A stretch of DNA of 64,000 nucleotides. It comes from Anaerolineales bacterium (GTDB lineage: Bacteria; Chloroflexota; Anaerolineae; Anaerolineales; Villigracilaceae). How positions within the stretch are numbered: position 1 is the first letter of the stretch; every line of letters starts with the position of its first letter. Both the position numbers and the translations under genes were made by a program. The stretch covers positions 22,752-86,751 of the forward strand of contig DAOUCM010000094.1 of assembly GCA_034431895.1 (NCBI GenBank), given 5' to 3'. The notes beneath the pieces were generated by a model. The model saw only the letters and a program-made list of their open reading frames with translations. It was not told the origin of the DNA and did no database searches. This document shows, piece after piece, positions 1-9,884 of the stretch.

Positions 1-687
1 ATTGACGCCGACCCGTCGTCTAACTTGAACATGGTGCTGGGGCTAGACTTGGAATGGACAGTCGGCGACATTCGCGAGGATATGCTGCAACAGGTGAAGA
101 CCTCCCTGGTGCAAGGGGGGGCTGCCATGGGCAACCTGCCCGGCGGCGTGAACAAGCGCGATTATTTGGAATACCACATCCGCTCTTCTCTGGCGGAGGG
201 CAGCCGCTTCGATTTGATTGCCATGGGGCGCGGCGAGGGACAGGGCTGTTATTGCGCCGTCAACCACAATTTGCGGGAGGTCATTGACAGCCTGAGCCGG
301 CATTATGCTTATGTGGTCATTGACAACGAAGCCGGTATGGAACATCTCTCGCGCCGCACGACCCGCGATGTGCAGCATTTGCTGGTGGTGAGCGACCCCA
401 CCCAGCGCGGACTGGTAGCCGCCCAGCGCATTGCCGACATGCGGAATGAACTCGAAATCAATATCGAGAAGGCTTATCTCATCATCAACCGCGTGCCAAA
501 TGGGGTTTTGCACCCCGAAATCGAGAAATTGGCCGAGAAGATTGGCATCCCTTTGCTGGGCGTCGTCCCGGCCAATGAGGAATTGACGGCTTTCGAGTTC
601 TCTGGCAAGCCGCTGGTAGATTTGGGGGATGGCTCTGTCATCTATCAGGCGGTGGCGGGGATGCTGGAGAAGATTCTGCCGCTCTGA
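1..687 (+). CDS. cooC: CooC/AcsF-type P-loop nickel-insertion ATPase (CO dehydrogenase maturation factor family); 5' end cut by window edge
   Basis: Frame 1 is open from base 1 (IDADPSSNLNMVLG...), so the ATG at 25 is internal. Motifs DADPxxN, GCYCAVN, VVIDNEAGMEHLSRR and LLVVSDP fit the MinD/CooC family as I recall it. Confidence 0.7.
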   Translation: MDADPSSNLNMVLGLDLEWTVGDIREDMLQQVKTSLVQGGAAMGNLPGGVNKRDYLEYHIRSSLAEGSRFDLIAMGRGEGQGCYCAVNHNLREVIDSLSRHYAYVVIDNEAGMEHLSRRTTRDVQHLLVVSDPTQRGLVAAQRIADMRNELEINIEKAYLIINRVPNGVLHPEIEKLAEKIGIPLLGVVPANEELTAFEFSGKPLVDLGDGSVIYQAVAGMLEKILPL

Positions 688-699
688 TTTGTCTGCCCG

Positions 700-3456
700 C
701 TATAACTCGATTTGAGCCTTGAGCATCCCGTTTTGCGAATCGATCTCGAAGGACGAAAAGCCAACTGCGCGGCACAGGCGGCGCATGGCTTCGTTTTCTG
801 GCGACATGAGCGCGATGATGCGCTTGATTTTTTCGTCGCGGCCAATTTTGATGCTGCGGGTGAGCAATTCCTTGCCTAAGCCCTTGCCTTGATAGGCGTC
901 GCTGATGAGCATCGAGAAGCGCGCTTCTTCGTCCGTGCCGTGTAATTTGCTCAAGCGGGCTACCCCCAAGATGAGCCTCTCGCCGTTTTCTTCGCCCTCT
1001 ACCACCAGGGCAATCTCGCGGTCATAGTCGTTGTGGGTGATACGCGCCAGGCGTTCGTGCGTGGTGCGGGCGCTGAGCAGCAGGGGGGAAAGGTAACGCA
1101 GGTAGACGGTCCTGTCTGAGAGCGAGGCGTGGAAGCGCCGCATCATCATTTCATCTTCTGGCCGGATAGGGCGGATGACGACCGGTGTGCCATCTTTCAT
1201 TGTCCAGGGGGCGACATATTTTGCCGGGTAGGGGCGGATAGCCAGGCGCGGTAATTGGCTTTCTTCAGCCGCCTCGTGGATGACTACCCGCGCGTCCAGT
1301 GCCAGCAAGCCTTCATGGGAGGCCAACAGGGGGTTGATGTCCAATTCCTTGATCCAGCGCTGCTCGGCCACCAGTTGGCTGAAGTTGACTAGCAGGGTTT
1401 CCAGCGCGGCGATGTCTACGGGGGGGCGTCCGCGCACGCCTTTGAGGGCCTCGAAGATTTTCGTGCGCTCCATCATGCGACGCGCCAGGGTGGCGTTGAG
1501 TGGCGGCAGACCCAATGCCCGGTCTTTGAAGACCTCCACCAATTGCCCGCCCATGCCAAACAGGATGACCGGCCCAAACTGAGCATCAATGCTTGAGCCG
1601 ATGATCAGTTCATACGCATCGGATAATTCAATCATCGGCTGAACGGTGACTCCCAGGAAATCGGCAGCGCTGTGCTTTTCGCTGACGCCTTTCTGTATTG
1701 CCTCGAAAGCCGACCGAACCGCTTGCTCGCCGTTTAAGTTGAGTTTTACCCCGCCGACGTCGGTTTTATGGGTCACTGTCTCGGAGTGCAGTTTTAGCAC
1801 AACCGGATAGCCGATATGTTCGGCCAGGGCTACAGCCTGGTCGGCATTCAGGGCGATATGGGTAGGGACGGTGGGAATGCCATAGGCGGCCAGCAGTTCC
1901 TTCGACTCGGCTTCGGTGAGCAGGGAGCGGCCCGAGCCGCGCACCCGGTTGATGATAGCGGAAGCAGCCTCACGGTCTGGGCCTGAAGCGGAATCGTGCT
2001 GCAGGCTGACGGTTTCATAGAGCGCTTGCAGATTGTCCGTATATTTCCACATGTAGGCAAAGGCTTCGGCGGCTGTATCGGGGTAGATGAAAGTGGGGAT
2101 GCCGGCCTTGTTGAGGATGGCTTCGCCGGCGGCGATGTCTTGCCCGCCCGACCAGGAGGCCAGGATAGGCTTGTCGTAACTGCGGGCGTATTCTTTGAGG
2201 GCTTCGGCGGTGGCGGTGGGATCGGTCATGGCCTGGGGTGTGAGGATGACCAGCAGACCGTCGCTGTTTTCGTCTTGAGCGGCTACTTCGAGCGCCTGGG
2301 CGTAGCGTTCGGGAGAAGCGTCTCCCAGGATGTCAATGGGGTTGTTGTGGCTCCATTGCGGCGGCAGGATGCGGTTCAGTTTTTCCATTGTCTCTGTCGA
2401 GATTTCGGCTAGTTTACCGCCGCTGGTGATGAGCGCGTCTACCGCCAGCACGCCGGGGCCGCCGGCGTTGGTTACGATGGTCAGATGAGGACCTTTGGGG
2501 CGTGGTTGTTTGGAGAGAACTTCGGCCATGGAAAAGATTTCGCCGATGGTGTTCACGCGCAACACGCCGCAGCGTCGGAAGGCGGCCTCCAGCACTTCGT
2601 CCGAGCCGGTCAACGAGCCGGTGTGCGAGGCGGCTGCGCGGGCTGCACCCTCGGTGCGGCCAGGCTTGATGACGATGATGGGCTTGGTCAGCGCCACCTC
2701 GCGCGCCGCTGACATGAACGCCCGCGCGTCGCCAATCGTTTCCATGTAGATGACGATGCTTTGGGTGTGTGGGTCGTCGCCCAAATGATAGATGAGGTCG
2801 CCCCAGCCTACATCCAACATGGAGCCGATGGAGACGAAGGCGGAGAAACCGACATGCTCTTTGAAAGACCAGTCCAATACAGAGGTGCAAAGCGCCCCCG
2901 ATTGGCTGATGAAGGCCACGTTGCCAGGCCGGGCCGGCGCAGCGGCGAAGGTGGCGTTTAGGCCGGTGAGCGGATTCATCACGCCCAGGCAATTGGGGCC
3001 GATGACGCGCATCTTGCCTTTGCGGGCGTGCGCGAGAATTTGGCGTTCCAGTTCTGCGCCTTCAGGGCCGACTTCCTTGAAGCCGGCCGAGATGACGATA
3101 GCGCCTTTTACGCCGGCCTCCACACATTCCTCGATGATGCGCGGGACGGTAGGCGCCGGGGTGACGATGACTGCTAGGTCTACCTGGTCGGGCAGGTCTT
3201 TGATGCTGGGATAAGCCTTGATGCCCAGGATGTTTTCGCGTTTGGGGTTGATGGGGAAGACTGTGCCGCCAAAAGGGCTGCTGATGAGGTTCCAGATGAC
3301 GGTGCGGCCAACGCTGCCTTGTTTTTCGGTTGCGCCGATGACGGCAACCGTTTTAGGGGTAAAGATGGGTTGTAGGGAGCGCGGGGTGTAGCGGTAAACA
3401 TCATGTACAGGGTCGAAAGTGTTCCCGGCGCGCGCCGGCGTGGTGAAATTGTGCAT
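700..3456 (-). CDS. Pat-like bifunctional ADP-forming acetyl-CoA synthetase family protein / GNAT N-acetyltransferase
   Basis: 918-aa ORF. N-terminal CoA-binding/succinyl-CoA-ligase-like region ([24 protein letters not shown]), central ATP-grasp, C-terminal GNAT ([14 protein letters not shown]). Confidence 0.85.
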   Translation of the reverse strand: MHNFTTPARAGNTFDPVHDVYRYTPRSLQPIFTPKTVAVIGATEKQGSVGRTVIWNLISSPFGGTVFPINPKRENILGIKAYPSIKDLPDQVDLAVIVTPAPTVPRIIEECVEAGVKGAIVISAGFKEVGPEGAELERQILAHARKGKMRVIGPNCLGVMNPLTGLNATFAAAPARPGNVAFISQSGALCTSVLDWSFKEHVGFSAFVSIGSMLDVGWGDLIYHLGDDPHTQSIVIYMETIGDARAFMSAAREVALTKPIIVIKPGRTEGAARAAASHTGSLTGSDEVLEAAFRRCGVLRVNTIGEIFSMAEVLSKQPRPKGPHLTIVTNAGGPGVLAVDALITSGGKLAEISTETMEKLNRILPPQWSHNNPIDILGDASPERYAQALEVAAQDENSDGLLVILTPQAMTDPTATAEALKEYARSYDKPILASWSGGQDIAAGEAILNKAGIPTFIYPDTAAEAFAYMWKYTDNLQALYETVSLQHDSASGPDREAASAIINRVRGSGRSLLTEAESKELLAAYGIPTVPTHIALNADQAVALAEHIGYPVVLKLHSETVTHKTDVGGVKLNLNGEQAVRSAFEAIQKGVSEKHSAADFLGVTVQPMIELSDAYELIIGSSIDAQFGPVILFGMGGQLVEVFKDRALGLPPLNATLARRMMERTKIFEALKGVRGRPPVDIAALETLLVNFSQLVAEQRWIKELDINPLLASHEGLLALDARVVIHEAAEESQLPRLAIRPYPAKYVAPWTMKDGTPVVIRPIRPEDEMMMRRFHASLSDRTVYLRYLSPLLLSARTTHERLARITHNDYDREIALVVEGEENGERLILGVARLSKLHGTDEEARFSMLISDAYQGKGLGKELLTRSIKIGRDEKIKRIIALMSPENEAMRRLCRAVGFSSFEIDSQNGMLKAQIEL

Positions 3457-3562
3457 GGGAGACCTTTTCTAACTTGGGTGTGTGTCGAATGAGTTCAACC
3501 AAAAAAACGTCCCAGAGGTCAACCAAACCTTTGGGATGTATAACGCTGGGGCAGAAATGCTG

Positions 3563-4243
3563 TTATTTCCCCAAGGCTGAAAGGGCTTGCAACAAAGCCC
3601 CGGCCACGACCTCGCCCGACTGTTTACGATGCGGCTGCCCTCCCAACGGTCCGCCGGAGACCAGCGCCGAGATGGCTGCTTGCACGGTATCCTGTCCCTG
3701 GTTTTTGGCGTTCAGAAAAGCCATGCCGGCTTGGATCAAATTGCCAATATCCTGACCGTCCAATTGTTCGCCTTTGGCCAGGTCTATCAGCGAGTCCAAT
3801 GCGCTGCCCGAGGAAGAACCGCTTGCGTTGCCGAGCAGCGATTGAAGCGCATCCATGCCATCGCTGGCAGCGGGGCTGGTATTGGCGCTCCCGCCGCCGA
3901 GTAAGGCTTGTATCAGCGCCATGCCGTTTTCAGGTGTGACGGCTTTTTGTCCCTGGAACTGTTGAGCGGCCTGTGCCAGCCCCTGGGCGTAGACTTTGGA
4001 CGATCCGCTGGTGGCCTTTTGAGTGAGTACCTGGCTGGCATAAGCCAGTTGTTTGGCAGGTTGGGCGCCTTTCTGAGAGGCCAGCGCCTGCGTAATCAGG
4101 TTGAAGGTTTGCACCATGTTGTCGCCGTGATCGCCGTTCAGGGTGTCGGCTTGATTGAGCGCCGATTGGTTTGCAGCCAAAGCCTGCGCTGCGGCGCCAA
4201 AGAGTTGCACCAGGTCTATTCCTTGGGAAGAGGAAGTGGACAT
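3563..4243 (-). CDS. Hypothetical Ala/Gln/Gly/Ser-rich protein with a weak DhaL/DAK2-like D-x3-G-D-H-G-D-N-M motif
   Basis: 226-aa ORF. AAGGAAAGGA lies just upstream of the ATG at 4243, and TTGACA-N17-GATAAT lies further upstream. No confident family assignment. Confidence 0.5.
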   Translation of the reverse strand: MSTSSSQGIDLVQLFGAAAQALAANQSALNQADTLNGDHGDNMVQTFNLITQALASQKGAQPAKQLAYASQVLTQKATSGSSKVYAQGLAQAAQQFQGQKAVTPENGMALIQALLGGGSANTSPAASDGMDALQSLLGNASGSSSGSALDSLIDLAKGEQLDGQDIGNLIQAGMAFLNAKNQGQDTVQAAISALVSGGPLGGQPHRKQSGEVVAGALLQALSALGK

Positions 4244-4260
4244 AGGATTTCCTTTCCTTA

Positions 4261-4289
4261 ATTATCCAGTGTGTCTTGTCAATTGTCAA
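4261..4289 (-). promoter_or_regulatory. Candidate sigma-70 promoter (TTGACA-N17-GATAAT) for the 3563..4243 gene
   Basis: Minus strand reads TTGACAATTGACAAGACACACTGGATAAT. There are two overlapping TTGACA copies, and the distal one is 17 nt from GATAAT. Confidence 0.35.
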
Positions 4290-4303
4290 TACATCGAGGC
4301 GCA

Positions 4304-4340
4304 GGGTGTTTTAGGCGTGCTATGCACGCCCAAAACACCC
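4304..4340. repeat. Hairpin with 17-bp stem (16/17 paired) and 3-nt loop
   Basis: GGGTGTTTTAGGCGTGC-TAT-GCACGCCCAAAACACCC, read directly. One arm recurs at 25135..25150. Confidence 0.9.
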
Positions 4341-4468
4341 GATTCTCCATTCTGCGCTAGTATACAATAGATTTTGCTATTGCGGTATGAGGGCTTGAAC
4401 CTTGTCAGGTGCGGGGTTGAAAATCTCCGACTTTCGAGCAAAATCTGGAGATTTCGAAGTCCGCCGCC

Positions 4469-5356
4469 TCAGACCGGTTGTTTGACCACTAATACCGAAC
4501 AGTTCGAGTAATGCACCAGTTTGCGCGAGACGCTGCCCATCAGCCAGCCCTGGAAGCGGCTCAAGCCTCGCGAACCCGCCACAATCAGGTCAATGTTATT
4601 GTGGGCCACGTATTCGATGATTTCGGTGGCGGCATCGCCGCGCTTCAGCACGGGGGTAGAGGCGACTCCGTTTTTCAGGAGCAGGTTGCGGGTCCGCTCG
4701 AGAAGCGCCTGTCCCTCGCTCTCCTGTTTTTGCTGCAACGCAGTTTCTTCTTCCGGCGTGCGCAGTGGCACAAAGGTCTCCCGTCCGCCAAAGTAAGGTT
4801 CTATGATGACCGGCTGTATCGGCGGCGGCAGGACGTTCATCACCTGTACCTCGACTCCCTCGGGTAAGGGAAATTTCCCCAAGAAGCGCGCTGCGCGTTG
4901 GCTGTAGAGCGAGCCGTCGGTCACCAACAGGATGCGGTGGAGTCCCTTGAAGGGTGCGCGGACGACCAATACCGGGCAGGGGGCGTATTCCACAACTTGC
5001 TGCGCTACGCCGCCCAGCAGGATGCCCAGCGTGGCGCGCAAACCCTTGGCGCCCAAGATGACCAGGTCGGGTTTCGTTTCCTTGACCGTCTCGACGATTT
5101 TTTGAGCCGGATATCCCAACTGCAGGTCGGCGTCGGCGATAATCTCGCTTTCGAGGAGTTGGGTTTTTGTCCTTTCGAGACTTCTTTCCATTTGCCCCAC
5201 TGCAAAGGTTTGACCAGGCGGAAAAACGCGCAAGACGCGCACGCGGCTTTTGGGCGGCAACGGAAGGGCTTGCAACATTTTGACAGCCGCTTGCGCGTGT
5301 TCCGAGCCATCGTCGGCCAGTAAGATTTTCCAGCGTTTACGGATGCGAGCAACCAT
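4469..5356 (-). CDS. Universal stress protein, tandem UspA domains
   Basis: Two USP halves (ILLADDGSEH...GAKG; ILLVTDGSLYS...GSRG). Start set at ATG 5356 because GGAGG lies 6 nt upstream. The ORF extension to 5623 has no USP-like sequence. Confidence 0.85.
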   Translation of the reverse strand: MVARIRKRWKILLADDGSEHAQAAVKMLQALPLPPKSRVRVLRVFPPGQTFAVGQMERSLERTKTQLLESEIIADADLQLGYPAQKIVETVKETKPDLVILGAKGLRATLGILLGGVAQQVVEYAPCPVLVVRAPFKGLHRILLVTDGSLYSQRAARFLGKFPLPEGVEVQVMNVLPPPIQPVIIEPYFGGRETFVPLRTPEEETALQQKQESEGQALLERTRNLLLKNGVASTPVLKRGDAATEIIEYVAHNNIDLIVAGSRGLSRFQGWLMGSVSRKLVHYSNCSVLVVKQPV

Positions 5357-5656
5357 CTTCCACCTCCTTTCCAAGAGCGGTTTGCTCATTATTACTTTAG
5401 CACAAGCAAGCCTCAATTTCCAGCCCCAGAGCCGATAGGGGCATGGTTTTCTCAAGAATGCTTGCAAAATAGCCATGTCGTTGCGAAGCGGCGGTTTGTG
5501 CCGCTGAAGCAATCTCCTCAAGGTCAGTTTTGTCCGTTGAACGGGAGACTGCTTCGCCAGAGAGCGGCTCGCAGCGACATTTCGAAAACAGTTGTGATAT
5601 ATACATTTTCTTGAGAAAGCCATACCGATACGGGTGTGGCGCGTTCTTTATGATTA

Positions 5657-5688
5657 CGAAAAATCCCTCGAACATTGTTCGAGGGATT
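5657..5688 (-). terminator. Rho-independent terminator candidate after the fumarase beta gene
   Basis: Minus strand reads AATCCCTCGAAC-AATG-GTTCGAGGGATT followed by TTTTCG. 12-bp stem, starting 11 nt after the stop at 5699. Confidence 0.6.
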
Positions 5689-5698
5689 GGCTCGTCTT

Positions 5699-6322
5699 TC
5701 ACGCCTTAGCTAGCAATTCGTCCAACACTTTTTTCGATTTTTGGTCAATGACCGCGTGTTGACTTTGCCCGTGTGCGTCCATCGTCACAACCACCGGGAA
5801 ATCCTTGACCTCGATGACCCACATCGCTTCTGGCACGCCAAACTCATATTTGTATACGCCCAGCACCTTTTTCACCGACTGAGCAATGTACGAAGCCGCG
5901 CCGCCGATGGCATGGAAGTAGACGAATGGCACCTCCTGGCAGCCGGCCAGCGTCTTGGGACCCATGCCGCCTTTGCCGATCACACCCTTGGCGTTGAAAT
6001 GTTTCATCACCTCGGCCTGATATGGCTCCTCACGGATGGAGGTAGTTGGGCCAGCGGCTACGAATTTGTACTCCTTTGTGTCCAGGCCAGAAACGACCGG
6101 CCCGCAGTGGTAGATTACGCCGCCATTCAACAGCGGTTTGATGGCTTCGTACACGTGCAAATCATCTCCCTGCGGCTCGCGTGTCTTCCTGATGAAGGTC
6201 TCGATCATCCATTTATGAACCGCATCGCGCCCGGTCATCATCACGCCCGAGAGCAGCACCGGCTCGCCAACGTTCAAACTGCGAATGACCTCATCGCTGA
6301 TAGGAATGGTTATCTCGCGCAT
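5699..6322 (-). CDS. Class I (Fe-S) fumarate hydratase / tartrate dehydratase beta subunit (C-terminal domain type)
   Basis: 207 aa with FumA C-terminus/TtdB-like sequence (GRDAVHKW, GKGGMGPKT). Directly downstream of the alpha-type gene. Confidence 0.85.
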   Translation of the reverse strand: MREITIPISDEVIRSLNVGEPVLLSGVMMTGRDAVHKWMIETFIRKTREPQGDDLHVYEAIKPLLNGGVIYHCGPVVSGLDTKEYKFVAAGPTTSIREEPYQAEVMKHFNAKGVIGKGGMGPKTLAGCQEVPFVYFHAIGGAASYIAQSVKKVLGVYKYEFGVPEAMWVIEVKDFPVVVTMDAHGQSQHAVIDQKSKKVLDELLAKA

Positions 6323-6419
6323 AATTCATCTCCAATCGCACCACAAAGACACAGAGACCACGAGGTTTCTTTGTGTCCACAAAGCAAAACTTCGTGAACT
6401 TTGCGCCTTCGTGGTTAAC

Positions 6420-7295
6420 TTAATCGTACACAACCTCATCGCCTTTCACCGTCATCTTGCGGCGGCGATAGGCCCAGCACATGTACGACACCGACACGAA
6501 ATACGAAGCCGGTAAACGGTGCAGGCCGGTAATCTTGGTATCAATGACCGTTGTCTTACCGCCAAAACCCATGGGGCCGATACCCATCTGGTTGGCTTCC
6601 TCGGTCAACTGCTCTTCGAGCGCGGCCAACTCGGGGTTGGGATTGCGCACGCCGATCTTTTCATACAACACTTCTTTCGACTTGATGTAAGACGAACCCC
6701 GGTCGCCGCCAATGGCTACCCCCAAAATACCCGGCGCGCAGCCCTGTCCCTGCGCTTTTTGGACGGCGTCCAGCACCACTTTGCGCACACCCTTCAAGTC
6801 GCGCCCGGCGCCTAGTTCGCTGTTGGGCAGCGAATACTGCCGGCCGACGTTCTCACAGCCGCCGCCTTTGAGCATCAGTTCGATGACCAACGGCTGGTCG
6901 GCGTCTACCTCTTCGAAATGGATGGAGGGGAAATCGTCGCCGCCCAGGTTGTTGCCGGAATTCTTATCGTAGATGGCGTCCACTGCATTCGGTCGCATAT
7001 AGGACCGTTGAGTTGCCTCCGCCATCGCGGCGCGGATCTGTGCCTTGAGTTTCCGCGTAGACCAGCCTTCTGGGTAATGCACGTAGAAAATGGGCGTACC
7101 CGTATCCTGGCAAATGGGGGTGGACTGAGCGCGGGACAGTTCGATGTTCTTCAAAATGGTCTCCAGCGCGCCGCGCGCTCCCGAGCCAGGTTCTTCCTTT
7201 TCTACCGCAGCCTTCAGCCGCTCCTCCACATCCGGGGGCAGGCTGGTGGAGGTGCGGCGAATCAGTTCAAGTATTTCTTGGGTCAAGTCTCTCAT
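6420..7295 (-). CDS. Class I (Fe-S) fumarate hydratase alpha subunit (N-terminal domain type)
   Basis: ICQDTGTPIFYV, GGGCEN and the Cys pattern are typical of Fe-S hydro-lyases. Start placed at ATG 7295 (GGAGG 4 nt upstream). The ORF is open to 7328. Confidence 0.85.
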   Translation of the reverse strand: MRDLTQEILELIRRTSTSLPPDVEERLKAAVEKEEPGSGARGALETILKNIELSRAQSTPICQDTGTPIFYVHYPEGWSTRKLKAQIRAAMAEATQRSYMRPNAVDAIYDKNSGNNLGGDDFPSIHFEEVDADQPLVIELMLKGGGCENVGRQYSLPNSELGAGRDLKGVRKVVLDAVQKAQGQGCAPGILGVAIGGDRGSSYIKSKEVLYEKIGVRNPNPELAALEEQLTEEANQMGIGPMGFGGKTTVIDTKITGLHRLPASYFVSVSYMCWAYRRRKMTVKGDEVVYD

Positions 7296-7403
7296 GGGGC
7301 CTCCAATGATGGTAGACGTATGTTTCAATCATACTCCAAAATCAATAATTTGGTAAACTGGGTGCCTACACACCCAGGGGTTTTCAAAAAACTAATCTTT
7401 TGG

Positions 7404-7431
7404 TTGATTTCATGTGTGCGGTGTGTATAAT
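7404..7431 (+). promoter_or_regulatory. Near-consensus sigma-70 promoter (TTGATT-N16-TATAAT) upstream of the acyl-CoA dehydrogenase gene
   Basis: TTGATT at 7404-7409 and TATAAT at 7426-7431. This implies a ~220-nt leader before the ATG at 7659. Confidence 0.45.
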
Positions 7432-7658
7432 GGATGTGTGAACAATCACGAATACATTGCATCTCGCGAAAGTCTTGCCCGTTGAAAACAGATCGTTTTA
7501 AGGTCGAAAGCAGACCAAGATCATTGCAGCGGAGGGACGAAGAACGTTGCTCTGCCCCAAGGGATTTACCTTCCAAGCGTTTTCTACGCTTTGGCATTGC
7601 CCTGTCACCGCCCCCTGCTAGAACCAACCGATAGAATCCACCTCGGAAGGAGGCCTCC

Positions 7659-8924
7659 ATGTCAACCCAGGCCATGCTCGATGAAACGGCTCTATCTGTG
7701 CGCACGAAGATGCAAGATTTCGTGGCCAGCGTCCCGCGTCAATTATTGTTGGATATGGACGCCAACAAGATTGCCTACCCAAAAGAATATTTGCGCGAAG
7801 CGGGTAGCCGCGGACTGCTTGGCTTGCGTTTCGACCCGCGTTGGGGAGGCGCGGGTCTCCCCTGGACCTCGGAACTGGTTGCCCTCGAAGAAGTGGGCGT
7901 GCTTGGCACCTCGCTGGCTTGCCTGTACTCGCTGGTATCCATCGTCGGCGAAGCCATCCATCTTTTTGGAACGGACGAGCAGAAGGAACGCTTTCTTACG
8001 CCAATGCTGCGCGGCGAATTGGGCGTAGCCGAAGCGTTGACCGAACCGCGCGGCGGCTCCGACTTTTTTGCCGCTACCACGCGCGCCCGTCGCGAAGGCG
8101 ATACATTTTACCTGACCGGCCAGAAACGCTTTGTGGTTGGCGCAGAAGGGGCCGATCTGATCCTGGTCTATGGAAAGGTAGAGGGAATCGAAGACCCCAA
8201 GCGCGCCATGACCGCCTTTTTGGTCGAGCGCGGTCCCGGCGTGGAAGTGCAACATGTCTACGGTCTGATGGGAACGCGCGGGGGCGGCACGGGGCGGTTG
8301 GTCTTCCGTGAGGCGAAGGTTCCCCTCCAAAATGTTCTGGGTGGCGAGTCGGGAGTCGGTCGTGGGACGGAGGTCTTTCATCAAATGATGATTCCCGAAC
8401 GGATGACCTCAGCAGGCGGGGCGGTGGGCATGGGACGCGCCGCCATCGAAATCGCCGCTCGCTATGCGGACAAACGTCATGCTTTTGGCGAACCCATCCG
8501 CCGCTTCGAGGGCGTCAGTTTCAAAATTGCCGAGAGCCTGACCTTGCTGGATGCGGCCCGTGCCTTGAATCATGCCGTAGGTGTGACGATCGAAAGCGGC
8601 GCCTCTGCCAGCAAAGTACGCCGCCTGGTCTCGGAGGCCAAGAAATTCTCCACCGAGGCCGCGTGGACGACCGTCAATCATGCCATGCAGATCCTGGGCG
8701 GCATCGGTTACACGGACATCTATCCGATCGAGCGCTTGTTGCGCGACGTGCGCCTCATTACGATTTGGACCGGCACGGACGAAATCATGGACCTGGTCAT
8801 CCAACATGAGTTCTATCGAGAATTTCTGACTGCAAAGCCGCATGGCCGCAACGTGGAATCCGATGCCCTGGGAGCCGACTTTTTGGCAGAAAAGATTTAT
8901 AATGTCGAGGGAGAAACAGCCTGA
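7659..8924 (+). CDS. Acyl-CoA dehydrogenase family protein
   Basis: 421 aa. ACAD-like N, middle and C domains ([17 protein letters not shown]). GGAAGGAGG lies before the ATG. Confidence 0.9.
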   Translation: MSTQAMLDETALSVRTKMQDFVASVPRQLLLDMDANKIAYPKEYLREAGSRGLLGLRFDPRWGGAGLPWTSELVALEEVGVLGTSLACLYSLVSIVGEAIHLFGTDEQKERFLTPMLRGELGVAEALTEPRGGSDFFAATTRARREGDTFYLTGQKRFVVGAEGADLILVYGKVEGIEDPKRAMTAFLVERGPGVEVQHVYGLMGTRGGGTGRLVFREAKVPLQNVLGGESGVGRGTEVFHQMMIPERMTSAGGAVGMGRAAIEIAARYADKRHAFGEPIRRFEGVSFKIAESLTLLDAARALNHAVGVTIESGASASKVRRLVSEAKKFSTEAAWTTVNHAMQILGGIGYTDIYPIERLLRDVRLITIWTGTDEIMDLVIQHEFYREFLTAKPHGRNVESDALGADFLAEKIYNVEGETA

Positions 8925-8939
8925 AAGATATTTGTTACT

Positions 8940-9884
8940 TTGTTGATTGTTCCGATGTGGCATTTTTTCACCCGCGCTGAAAGTCCCCGTTCGACCGACT
9001 TGCCCGTTCCTCCGGAACTGGAGTTCCAGGGGCGCAACGCTACAGGCTTGATCGAGAAACGAACCGCGCAAGGAGAGCATTTTGCCTTGTTGTTGGCGGG
9101 AGGAATACCCATCGGCGCTTATCATTTGTCCGCCACTACGGCTACTCCCATTTCCCCTTCCGATGTTATTTCGATGCCCGCAGGGCAGCAGCATGTCGTC
9201 GAGTTGCCAGACGCAGCCGGCCGGTTAGTGTGGCTGGCGCTCGAATCTAGCCCTAAGCGCAGGCTATCCTTGTCAGGAGGCAAAGATTGGCAAGAGAAAC
9301 GGGCTGCTTGGCAGGCCAGCCATTGGAGCGGATTGGTCGAAATTCTGGCCGGCGCTTACCAGGCTTTTGTTTTCTTCTGGCAGGGCGATATTCTCGCGGT
9401 AGATGCGGCCCTGTATACCCCGCAAGGCTTTGTTGCTGGTTTGTCTGCGATCGAACAGATTGATGCCCCGCAGTGGGAAGTTACTCTGTATGAATGGCAA
9501 GATACTTCGCCGGCCTACCAGTATTTCATCTTGCGGCAGGCGACCGTTCGCTGGTGTCACAAAATCTTGCGCCGTTATCAGGAATTGGTTGGCAGGAATC
9601 TGTTGCTCATCATGGACAGGGAGGTCAATCGTTCTCTTCAGCCCTGGAATTGGCGCCTGGAATTGGAGGACGATATGTTGCATGATGCTCACTTTTTCCC
9701 TAGATTGCAATCGGCGGCTCATGCCTACCGCGCCTTGTTCATGGGCATAGGCGCACAAATGAGTTTCATGATTGGCGACCAGATGGCTCAGCGCCTGTTT
9801 AGTGAAGCCTTCGAAACGAATTTGACGGAGGAGATTGCCGCCTTACAAACCCAAAGACTGATTCCAGCCGCTTTCACCGATTGA
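8940..9884 (+). CDS. Hypothetical protein (no recognisable domain)
   Basis: 314-aa ORF in typical GC context. Its stop overlaps the start of the next gene. The start is uncertain (TTG 8940 or ATG 8955). Confidence 0.5.
   Translation: MLIVPMWHFFTRAESPRSTDLPVPPELEFQGRNATGLIEKRTAQGEHFALLLAGGIPIGAYHLSATTATPISPSDVISMPAGQQHVVELPDAAGRLVWLALESSPKRRLSLSGGKDWQEKRAAWQASHWSGLVEILAGAYQAFVFFWQGDILAVDAALYTPQGFVAGLSAIEQIDAPQWEVTLYEWQDTSPAYQYFILRQATVRWCHKILRRYQELVGRNLLLIMDREVNRSLQPWNWRLELEDDMLHDAHFFPRLQSAAHAYRALFMGIGAQMSFMIGDQMAQRLFSEAFETNLTEEIAALQTQRLIPAAFTD

Noticed and set aside
1-687. An 'orphan' CooC without CO dehydrogenase.
   Set aside because: The gene is cut by the window edge and its upstream neighbourhood is invisible, so absence of CODH/ACS cannot be judged.
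5357-5623. Upstream extensions of several ORFs: usp to 5623, HIT to 26789, rdgB to 53919, mvhD to 35763, dnaG to 14340 and HMG-CoA synthase to 23118.
   Set aside because: Internal ATGs have SD motifs and give family-typical N-termini. The extensions are unrelated or basic low-complexity sequence, or they overlap the upstream gene.
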